The notes below the pieces were generated by a model. The model was not told the origin of the DNA. It ran no database searches and was given only the letters and a program-made list of their open reading frames with translations. Made by a program: the position numbers and the translations under genes. This document shows, piece after piece, positions 16,796 to 23,638 of a stretch of DNA of 23,638 nt. Source of the DNA: Candidatus Woesearchaeota archaeon (GTDB taxonomy: Archaea > Nanobdellota > Nanobdellia > Woesearchaeales > UBA10216); NCBI GenBank assembly GCA_016180085.1, contig JACPBX010000002.1, forward strand, positions 1-23,638, written 5' to 3'. Each line of letters opens with the position of its first letter. The stretch's first letter is position 1.

Positions 16796-17809
16796 TCAAA
16801 CCTCATCAGTTCTCCAGTAAGGCCTTATGGCTGACTTTTCCACAGGCGTCCTAGTGCCTTTTAAGTATTCCAGTATTCCAAGCCACGCTATCATTGCTGC
16901 GTTGTCTACAAGAAACTGCCTTTCCGGCACAAACAATTTAGCTCCCCTTTCCTCGCACATTACCCCGCACATCTCCTGCAACCTTGTGTTGCACGCAACC
17001 CCACCGCCGAGAAGCAGCTCGCTCTTGCCGGTGTGGGCCAATGCCCTTTCAGCGACTTCCACAAGCATTGCGAACACTGTTTCCTGCAGCGAGTAGCATA
17101 AATCCTCTTTGCTGTAGCTTCCACTGTCGTATTTGCGTTTAATGTTCGTCAGTATGCCCCCGAAGCTCACATCCATGCCCTTCACAACATAGGGAAGTTC
17201 AATATATTTTCCTCCCTTGGCAGCTGCTTTTGCCGCGAGTCTCATTATCTGGGAACCTCCAGGAAAGCCTATTCCTATCTGCCTTGCGAACTGGTCGAGC
17301 ATGTTGCCAACCCCCATGTCAAGGGTCTCGCCAAAAATCCTGTATTTCCCTGCCTCAAATGCAATTACCTGTGTGTTGGCTCCTGAAACGTATAGCTTTC
17401 CAATCTCAAGGTGGCTTATGCAGTGGTTAACTCCGATAAGGGGCTTTTTGTGAACCAGCGAGAGGGTTCTTGCAGCCGCTGCCCCAACCCTCAGGCAGTG
17501 GCCTATGCCGGGGCCTTGCGAAAAGGACACGATGTCAATGTCATGCATCGCTATTTTCGCAGCTGCCAGTGCTTCTGTTATTGCCTTATCGCATACCTCA
17601 ACATGGTGCTCTGCTGCCTGTGCCGGGATTATGCCGCCTGATTTTGTTGTGAACTGCTTTATTACGTTCGCCAGTATTTTACGGCGCATCCCGTTTTTGG
17701 CTGCAGCTGGTGCCGAGATAGCAGTTTTAGCCTTACCGGCAGCAGCTAGTCCAACACCGAATGTGTGGGCTGTGCTTTCGATGCCAAGGCAGACAATCCT
17801 GTTTCGCAT
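16796..17809 (-). CDS. kae1: tRNA N6-threonylcarbamoyladenosine synthesis protein Kae1 (TsaD family), with apparent indels
   Basis: LGIESTAHTFGVG, FSQGPGIG, NHCISHLE, YVSGANTQ, GETLDMGVGNMLD, KGMDVSFGG, SLQETVFAMLVE, GGGVACN, DNAAMIA and RTDEV. TATA-like TTTAAAAA about 25-32 nt upstream. Confidence 0.95.
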   Translation of the reverse strand: MRNRIVCLGIESTAHTFGVGLAAAGKAKTAISAPAAAKNGMRRKILANVIKQFTTKSGGIIPAQAAEHHVEVCDKAITEALAAAKIAMHDIDIVSFSQGPGIGHCLRVGAAAARTLSLVHKKPLIGVNHCISHLEIGKLYVSGANTQVIAFEAGKYRIFGETLDMGVGNMLDQFARQIGIGFPGGSQIMRLAAKAAAKGGKYIELPYVVKGMDVSFGGILTNIKRKYDSGSYSKEDLCYSLQETVFAMLVEVAERALAHTGKSELLLGGGVACNTRLQEMCGVMCEERGAKLFVPERQFLVDNAAMIAWLGILEYLKGTRTPVEKSAIRPYWRTDEV

Positions 17810-17903
17810 AACCTGACTGGTCTGGCCGGTTATTTTTAAATTTGCTCATAAACTACGAAAAACTAAGAAAATCTGTAATACCGTTCTTTACTTTGCCGGA
17901 TTC

Positions 17904-18737
17904 TCACAGCCTGCCTTCCGCCAGGCCCTGTTCGCTGAAGAATAATGCCACAATCAGGACAATCGCATAGGCTGCCAGGGGCAGGAAAGCCGGGATGGCA
18001 ACAGGGCTGTGCTGCAGCAGGAAGGCTGCAAAGTCTAGGACTATCAGTACTGTAGCTGCGTAAGCTGCTATCTTGAGTGCGTCCAGCAGCGAGGCATCGC
18101 CTTTTGAAATTTTAATTGCAAGATAAGCCAGGGCAGATGCTGCAATTATGATTGCGGTATATTTCACGACCATCGACAGGTAGAACAAAATGAGAAGGCC
18201 TGGAAGCATCAGAAGGATAAGGGCTGAAGCCGTGCCTGCCAGTTCGCCCTTTCCGCTGCCTTTCACAAGGTCCAGCTCCCTTATTGGCTTTGCGTTTTGT
18301 TTCGGCCTGAACAGGCTGCATATTTCGCTGCGAAAGAAGCACAGGAGCGGTTTTGTCCGCAGCTCTGTGCCTGTGAGAACAACATCGTACTGTGCTGATT
18401 TTTTTGCATCGGCGGTTGTGTTTATGAAGATTTTCATGTTGCCAAGCCACGGAAACCCGGACTCAATCGGCGCTTTGGTCGCAAGTTCTGTCTTTATGTC
18501 AAACTTGGAGAACTTGTCCAGCTGCGATGAAATGCCGCTGTTCAGGTTTGCAATTGAAGGCAGTACAAGGGCTGCCGTTGCCATTGTCACAATGAGCAGG
18601 AGGTAGAGCAGATGGCCTATCACCGGCTTTACTGACTTCTTGGCAACGCTGCGGTAGGCAAGCGGGTTGAACGCGTTGGCAACAGCAAGGAAGAAAGCTG
18701 CTGTGTCCTTTAATTTCATCAGCGATTGTTTTATCAT
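17904..18737 (-). CDS. Hypothetical membrane protein (DUF1189-like topology)
   Basis: N-terminal TM, extracellular domain and four C-terminal TMs. The first 50 codons of the tracked ORF run through a repeat element and the upstream gene end, so the start was reset to ATG 18737. Confidence 0.7.
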   Translation of the reverse strand: MIKQSLMKLKDTAAFFLAVANAFNPLAYRSVAKKSVKPVIGHLLYLLLIVTMATAALVLPSIANLNSGISSQLDKFSKFDIKTELATKAPIESGFPWLGNMKIFINTTADAKKSAQYDVVLTGTELRTKPLLCFFRSEICSLFRPKQNAKPIRELDLVKGSGKGELAGTASALILLMLPGLLILFYLSMVVKYTAIIIAASALAYLAIKISKGDASLLDALKIAAYAATVLIVLDFAAFLLQHSPVAIPAFLPLAAYAIVLIVALFFSEQGLAEGRL

Positions 18738-18741
18738 TTTC

Positions 18742-18823
18742 GTTTTTGATTGACCCCAAAGTCGCTGTTGCGACTGGGCACAGTCGTGTTGCACACGACT
18801 TGGGTTTTTTCCAAAAAGGTCAT
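18742..18823. repeat. Expanded palindromic repeat element between two genes
   Basis: GTTTTTGATTGACC-[AGTCGC/GCGACT and AGTCGTG/CACGACT hairpins]-TTTTTCCAAAAAGGTCAT; same termini as the tRNA-associated copies. Confidence 0.85.
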
Positions 18824-20004
18824 GGGAACGGACTCTCAGGACAGGCTGGCGGCGGCCCAACTCCATATAGGTAATCATCCTGCTCATTTGTCAGGTTGTA
18901 CCTGGCTGCGTGGTAAGAGTCTATTGCGAACCTGTAGAACTCCGGTGGTGGCGTATCAGCATCTTTTGTCACGCACGTCACGTTCCACACCTGGCCTGTC
19001 TGGGCTGCTGTGCACCTGTTGCCTGAGCCGTAGTAGCACCAGTCAACATAAGGCCTTTCCCTCTGCCCGTTCACTGAGGCCATCACGAACGGGTTTATCA
19101 GGCTTTCAACGCCGCAGCACGGCGAGCGCACGTCATTGCCATAGAACCTGTCCAGGAAGCTGGAAGCATTCGGCTCGTGCCTGTATACACGCAAGTCTAT
19201 CTGGCGGTGGAATGTTGAGATGTTCAGATTAGTTATGTTTGTTGCGTTGAAGTAGTTTGTGTAAACAACGCTGCCATCCTCGGCAGCTCCCCTGCTGCCT
19301 ACAGCGTAAAGCGGGTCTGGTATCCCGTGTATGCCGAATATTGTGCTTATGTTTTCAGTGTTGTTTATCATAACATCACCAGCAACTACGGAGTAATTTA
19401 CTGTGAGGTTCACGCCCACCTGCCAGGGACCTGTCCAGTTGTCCTGAAATACCAGCAGCCGCATGGCGTTGTAGTTTTTGCCAAATGACGTGTTTATTCC
19501 GAATGCCCTGAATGAGGCATTTTCCATTTCCTGCAGCCTCCTTGTCAGGTTTCTTCCCCTCATGATTTCAATGCCCAGGCACTGGTCAACGCCTTTGTGA
19601 ATGGCTGGGTTGTTCACGTCTGCAAGGGAGTCCGTGTCGCAAGGCGGCATGTGGCCTGCCAGGCCGCAGCACATTGTGCCGTTTATTATCATCTCTTTAA
19701 GCGTGTTGTTGAATTTAAGGCTGGCGTCTGCGCCCAGGAAGTAGTTGCCCCTTTGCCGCATATAGTCCGCCATTGCGTAGAAGGCGCTGTAAGTGGCGAT
19801 GTAAAGCGACTGGGGAAGGTAGCTGTTTCTCAGGTCCTTTACCTGCGCGTTCGCAGAATCAGCCTTCGCCTGCGTTGCAGGGAGCTGGTCTTTCATAGTT
19901 ACTGCCCTCTGCGTTCCAAAAGTTACTATAAGGACAGCAGCTATAAGTATTGCGATTGAAGTGAAAAAAATTCCCCTTTTAGTTCTCAACAGTATTTTTT
20001 TCAT
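18820..20004 (-). CDS. Large pilin-like protein with class III (prepilin) signal peptide and Cys-rich ectodomain
   Basis: MKKILLRTKRG|IFFTSIAILIAAVLIV; CCG motifs occur twice; lies in an array of similar genes. Confidence 0.75.
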   Translation of the reverse strand: MKKILLRTKRGIFFTSIAILIAAVLIVTFGTQRAVTMKDQLPATQAKADSANAQVKDLRNSYLPQSLYIATYSAFYAMADYMRQRGNYFLGADASLKFNNTLKEMIINGTMCCGLAGHMPPCDTDSLADVNNPAIHKGVDQCLGIEIMRGRNLTRRLQEMENASFRAFGINTSFGKNYNAMRLLVFQDNWTGPWQVGVNLTVNYSVVAGDVMINNTENISTIFGIHGIPDPLYAVGSRGAAEDGSVVYTNYFNATNITNLNISTFHRQIDLRVYRHEPNASSFLDRFYGNDVRSPCCGVESLINPFVMASVNGQRERPYVDWCYYGSGNRCTAAQTGQVWNVTCVTKDADTPPPEFYRFAIDSYHAARYNLTNEQDDYLYGVGPPPACPESPFP

Positions 20005-20034
20005 TGCCGTTGTTGATTTGACGTGGGTTCATAA

Positions 20035-20138
20035 GGGGCTTTGCCCCGTTGCCCTTCAAGCGAGGGTTGATAAGGCACAAGTCGTGTAAGCACGACTGTG
20101 CACAGTCGCCGCAAGGCGACTTGTGGCAGGCTACTGCC
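20035..20138. repeat. Cluster of hairpins including the internal modules of the repeat family
   Basis: CAAGTCGTGT..CACGACTGTGC.CAGTCGC..GCGACTT (20076..20125) matches the reverse complement of the interior of 18742..18823; flanked by GGGGC/GCCCC and GGCAG/CTGCC hairpins. Confidence 0.8.
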
Positions 20139-20139
20139 C

Positions 20140-20673
20140 TTATTGCCAAACTCTTATTTCGGTGATTGTAGGGCCATAAACAAGTGCTGTCCTGTTCACT
20201 ACTCCAAAAACAAGCTTCTTGGATGAAACAAGCACAGTGCTTGTGTTTTCGTTTGATACTGCCCTTTCATAAATCAGGTCGTTGTTTATCAGGATCTTGA
20301 AGCTGTACTGCGGCGGTATCAGCCTGTAGGTGACGTTTTTGACAAGCTCAGTCGCAAAGTGCCTTTGGTTTGTAAAATAAAACTCTGTTGCCTGCTGAAG
20401 CACTGTGTTGTCAATGTTGTTGATGGTGTTGTTTTTAGTCAGGTTTATTATCAGGGGGTTGTTGAGCTCGCTAAGCTTTGAGGAAGTGAGCGTTTCTGTG
20501 AATCCCCTTGATACAAGCTCTGACTGGGTAGTGTATGGCTGGGCTGACTTTGCCGCAAGCACTATTACGAGGGCTACAGCCACTATCATGGACGCAATGA
20601 ATGCATCAATAGTCAGGTACTGGGCCTTGTTACCTCTTATAGATCCAATAAGCCTGAAGTTCACAAGGTTCAT
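20140..20673 (-). CDS. Pilin-like protein, class III signal peptide
   Basis: NKA|QYLTIDAFIASMIVAVALVIVL: basic residue, A, Q+1, then a hydrophobic helix. Confidence 0.75.
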   Translation of the reverse strand: MNLVNFRLIGSIRGNKAQYLTIDAFIASMIVAVALVIVLAAKSAQPYTTQSELVSRGFTETLTSSKLSELNNPLIINLTKNNTINNIDNTVLQQATEFYFTNQRHFATELVKNVTYRLIPPQYSFKILINNDLIYERAVSNENTSTVLVSSKKLVFGVVNRTALVYGPTITEIRVWQ

Positions 20674-20699
20674 TTTTCTTATAGCCCCTCGTCCCGGGG

Positions 20700-21119
20700 C
20701 TACCCTGTTATGGATTCGTTGCAGCCTTTGCCACTAATGTTCACCAAGGGGCTGCCAATGCCTGCCCGGTCTCCCTGCATAGGCACGATGTTGCCCTTCT
20801 CGTCTTCAAAGTATATGCAGAACTCGGATTCAATGCCAAGCAGAGACTTAAGGTTCTCATACGAGGCGTTTGAGGCAGTGGCAAGCTTTCCGACATCAAC
20901 CTTGGCCCCGTCAATAAAGGTGCCTGTCAGGTTTTGGCTTGTTCCCAGTATCGAAGGCAGCTTATCAGCATCTGCCTGCAATTTTGCGGTCTGCCTGTTC
21001 TCCGAAATAGGGCCTGTGAGGTAGTAAAGCAGCACCACAGCAATGAAAAAAAGCACCACGCCCACTATCGCGTCGGTTGACCATGTTTGGGCTTTTTTCA
21101 GGCTGGACCTCTTTTTCAT
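20700..21119 (-). CDS. Pilin-like protein, class III signal peptide
   Basis: MKKRSSLKKA|QTWSTDAIVGVVLFFIAVVLLYY. Confidence 0.78.
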   Translation of the reverse strand: MKKRSSLKKAQTWSTDAIVGVVLFFIAVVLLYYLTGPISENRQTAKLQADADKLPSILGTSQNLTGTFIDGAKVDVGKLATASNASYENLKSLLGIESEFCIYFEDEKGNIVPMQGDRAGIGSPLVNISGKGCNESITG

Positions 21120-21194
21120 TTTCTTGTTGCCCTTATTTGGATGCGGCTTTAAAACTTTTATGGTTAATAATTAATCATGCAGCTGTTCTTAATT

Positions 21195-21809
21195 TCATGT
21201 GCAGCAGCCTGTGTAGCCGTAATCGCAGCATGTTTGCGGAGCTATTGCCCCGTCACTGCCGCAGGAAGGCGGGTTAGGAGGGGCAGTGTCGCATGACGTC
21301 TGCTCTGCTGCTGAGAGGGGCAATGGCCTGAATTCGACTATGCCCCGCTCTTTCCTTAGCGTGTTTCTGCCTCTCACAATACTGCCCCTGACATCCCTCG
21401 CAAGGGCTTTTGTGGCATTGAGCTGGACGTTTGGCCTTTTTGAAGCAACAGTCAGTATTGTTATGTTCGTCTGGCTGCTTATTGAAGTGGAGTTGGTAAT
21501 GCTTGTTATGTACGGCTGGCCGTCCAGTGTGGGCGGCAACGCAAAAGAGTGAAAATAGCCGTTCTCAGAGGCAAATGCTATCTGGGCTTCCTGCTCCAGA
21601 AAGTCTGCAAGGTCCTGCAGCAGGGCTTTGTAGTTGTCATCGCTTGCTCTTATGAGGTCGTCTGAGACAGCAGCAAGGGTAGCTATAAGGAAAAAGGTCA
21701 GCATCGTTATCAGCATCATCGCCTCGTTTGCCGACTGGCCCTTCTTGCACCAGAGCTTGCCCGAAGTATTGCTATTGCCTCTTTTTCCGCTCATCATAGC
21801 TATCGCCAC
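21195..21809 (-). CDS. Pilin-like protein (Q+1/E+5 class III signal) with Cys-rich tail
   Basis: KKG|QSANEAMMLITMLTFFLIA; C-terminus SCD...SCG...TCCDYGYTGCCT. Confidence 0.8.
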   Translation of the reverse strand: MAIAMMSGKRGNSNTSGKLWCKKGQSANEAMMLITMLTFFLIATLAAVSDDLIRASDDNYKALLQDLADFLEQEAQIAFASENGYFHSFALPPTLDGQPYITSITNSTSISSQTNITILTVASKRPNVQLNATKALARDVRGSIVRGRNTLRKERGIVEFRPLPLSAAEQTSCDTAPPNPPSCGSDGAIAPQTCCDYGYTGCCT

Positions 21810-21879
21810 ATATGCAACAAGATCAAACAGCTTTAACTGAAGAGGCTATTTAATAGTTTCGACTGCAGAATTAGCTGAA

Positions 21880-22368
21880 TCAGCTGCAGGGAACTCCGTT
21901 AATGCTTGCGCCGTTGCTGCCTATGCACATCCTGTCCCCTATCGGTATGATGTTTCCGTTCATGTCCTCAAAGTGTATGACGAAATCAGAGTCGATGCCA
22001 AGCTCTGCCTTCATCTGCTCGTATTTTTTGCTTGCAAAATGCTCAAGCAGCTCAGGGTCAACGTCATTCCTTACTATGAATCCTGTGCCGTCCTGCTCCT
22101 TTGAGTCTATGATGAGCTTTGAAAGGATGTCCCTCTCAGCTACATCCTTTGTCAGGGCTTTCGCCGCAGTGCCGCCCTTTGAACGGGCTTGCTGGTCTGC
22201 TATGGCATCAAAAATAAAAAAGACAACAACCAGGAAAACAAGAAACGCAAAAACAGCTGTGCGGTCATCAATGGACTTCAGTCCCAGAAGCCTGGGCTTC
22301 GGTATCTGCGCAGCAGCCACAGCAGCTGGTTTTCTCCTTGCCCCTCTCTTTGCCGCTCTTTTTCTCAT
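21880..22368 (-). CDS. Single-TM protein paralogous to the 20700..21119 pilin-like protein, lacking the cleavage motif
   Basis: C-terminus YEQMKAELGIDSDFVIHFEDMNGNIIPI..IGS aligns with YENLKSLLGIESEFCIYFEDEKGNIVPM..IGS. Confidence 0.75.
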   Translation of the reverse strand: MRKRAAKRGARRKPAAVAAAQIPKPRLLGLKSIDDRTAVFAFLVFLVVVFFIFDAIADQQARSKGGTAAKALTKDVAERDILSKLIIDSKEQDGTGFIVRNDVDPELLEHFASKKYEQMKAELGIDSDFVIHFEDMNGNIIPIGDRMCIGSNGASINGVPCS

Positions 22369-22462
22369 TCCCTGCTACCTCTTTTTCACTCTTTCAGTTA
22401 CCTTTGACGTTTTGGGTTTAAATAGGTTTCGATGATTACGGCGCAGAAGCTTTTGCTAGCAC

Positions 22463-23212
22463 CTAGCAAAGCGGAGTTTGCGCACAGAACAGGGTTTCGT
22501 CATCGGTGTCAACCTCGCAGTCACCATCGTAGTCTGCGTTCATACAGACCCTAAAAGGACTGCCTCCTGGTGTTGGGTTGTTGAACCAACCATCCGTCCA
22601 CGTCTTTGAAGGCCTGTACTTTGGCCTTCCTGCCGCATTGTCTCTGCACTGCATAAAGAAGAGCACATCGCCAGCTGTAATGGCTCCATCTTGGTTGTAA
22701 TCATAAATAACCGACGGCGGGCACCTTCCGCCGAAGTTTATGTGCACGAATGTTGTTGTCTGGCCGGCAGGGCCTTCCGGCGTTTCGTAAGCCTCTATGC
22801 TGATTTTCTTGATGCCTGCTCCAGTTGTCAGTTCGCTAAGGCTGCCGTTGAACGAGCCGTTGATGTTTACCTTTGACGGGTAAGGGAATTCAGCAATGGT
22901 CTGTTCGGTAATGGCTTTTATCAGGAGCTGCTGGGCGCCTGTTCCCCAGTTGCCTATGATGGACAGGTTCAGAACGCCTTTCGGCATCCTTGCCTCAAGC
23001 TCTGTCCTAGAAGGCGGTCCCTGGTAGTAGACCTTTTCTGCTGTTGTCACGATTTCCCTGCCAAGCTTGTCAAGCTGCGCCTTGTCTATCTGTTCGGCAG
23101 AGCTGCTCGAGTAGCGGTAGAACAGGTAAGCGGCTGGAAGTATCATTATTCCAATAACCAAAGCTATGAGCATGTACTCAAAAGCTGCCTGGCCTCTTTT
23201 GCTTTTTACCAT
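22463..23212 (-). CDS. Pilin-like protein (Q+1/E+5 class III signal) with C-terminal dockerin-like Ca-binding duplication
   Basis: MVKSKRG|QAAFEYMLIALVIG; loops DYNQDGAITAGD and DYDGDCEVDTDD near the C-terminus. Confidence 0.82.
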   Translation of the reverse strand: MVKSKRGQAAFEYMLIALVIGIMILPAAYLFYRYSSSSAEQIDKAQLDKLGREIVTTAEKVYYQGPPSRTELEARMPKGVLNLSIIGNWGTGAQQLLIKAITEQTIAEFPYPSKVNINGSFNGSLSELTTGAGIKKISIEAYETPEGPAGQTTTFVHINFGGRCPPSVIYDYNQDGAITAGDVLFFMQCRDNAAGRPKYRPSKTWTDGWFNNPTPGGSPFRVCMNADYDGDCEVDTDDETLFCAQTPLC

Positions 23213-23374
23213 TCCATAACCTTTCGCGGCAACGAATATATTAATTTTGCTGATTTTGCTAACAGCCTGTTATCGCGCGTTGCTGCGGCAGTTGAGACAA
23301 CAAAAAGGGCAAAATGTAATAAGTGATAAATAGGAAAGAAAGAAAATAAAAGGAATAAAAAGGAAGCAAAAAGG

Positions 23375-23638
23375 TTACGGCCTTCTTGCCAGCAGCTCTC
23401 CTGGCAGCTCATGGTCAATGCCGGTAGCATCAAGCCATTCGTAGACCATTGTAACGTTATACCTGTTCTTGTCCCTGCCAGTATCCCTGAACGTGCAGTA
23501 ATTGGCACAGCCGGCGGTTAGAGTGTTTAAAGTGAATGATGCGCTTGCACCGTTCCTGAGCGTCACAGGATAGCCGGCAGCAGGCGTATCGCACGCACAG
23601 CCCAGATTCACAGCCCCAGCACCTCCAAGCGCTTCTGA
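23375..23638 (-). CDS. C-terminal part of a probable further pilin-like or secreted protein (5' truncated by the window)
   Basis: The frame is open to the window edge (SEALGGAGAVNLGCACD...); beta-rich end YNVTMVYEWLD..GIDHELPGEL with Cys pairs; same strand as the pilin array. Confidence 0.6.
   Translation of the reverse strand, partial: SEALGGAGAVNLGCACDTPAAGYPVTLRNGASASFTLNTLTAGCANYCTFRDTGRDKNRYNVTMVYEWLDATGIDHELPGELLARRP

Noticed and set aside
18738-18887. N-terminal 50 aa of the tracked 327-aa ORF
   Set aside because: It is read-through of the repeat element and overlaps the upstream pilin-like gene on the same strand.
26-20138. Palindromic repeats as a CRISPR array
   Set aside because: Copies are dispersed rather than regularly spaced with unique spacers, and there are no cas genes in the window.
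22449-22472. GCTTTTGCTAG/CTAGCAAAGC hairpin as another repeat-family copy
   Set aside because: It resembles only the TTTTGC..GCAAAA module and lacks the conserved termini; it may simply be a 3' hairpin at the gene end.
460-23508. Numerous antisense or alternate-frame ORFs in the track (e.g. 3027..3413, 8569..9042, 14159..14686, 18190..18606)
   Set aside because: They are shadows of well-supported genes and show no independent motifs.

Overview
Archaeal genomic DNA, most consistent with a DPANN lineage such as Woesearchaeota (inference). Support: ribosomal protein eS1, archaeal-type Kae1 and Dph6-family genes, BHB-type tRNA introns, TATA promoters and class III signal-peptide pilins, alongside a bacterial-type GyrB and an RsuA/RluB-family pseudouridine synthase. 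Coding content is housekeeping and redox genes, a Tad/type IV pilus motor cluster (ATPase plus two TadB/C-like proteins, 8.6-12.0 kb) and a minus-strand array of pilin-like genes (18.8-23.6 kb), one with a dockerin-like tail. The most striking signals are in the RNA genes. (1) A tRNA-Asn(GUU) reconstructs perfectly after removing four BHB introns (15/16, 30/31, 37/38, 44/45). (2) A tRNA with a CAG (Leu) anticodon has a Ser-type body and G73, although CTG encodes conserved Leu in GyrB. (3) A modular palindromic repeat family has one end falling exactly on tRNA 5' ends and intron 5' splice sites. (4) An acceptor/T-stem minihelix copy of tRNA-Arg lies just downstream of that tRNA. Two coding lesions may be real or assembly artefacts: a 16-bp duplication splitting a large 74-aa-repeat gene, and an apparent in-frame deletion in kae1. 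All analysis was by eye; no searches were run.
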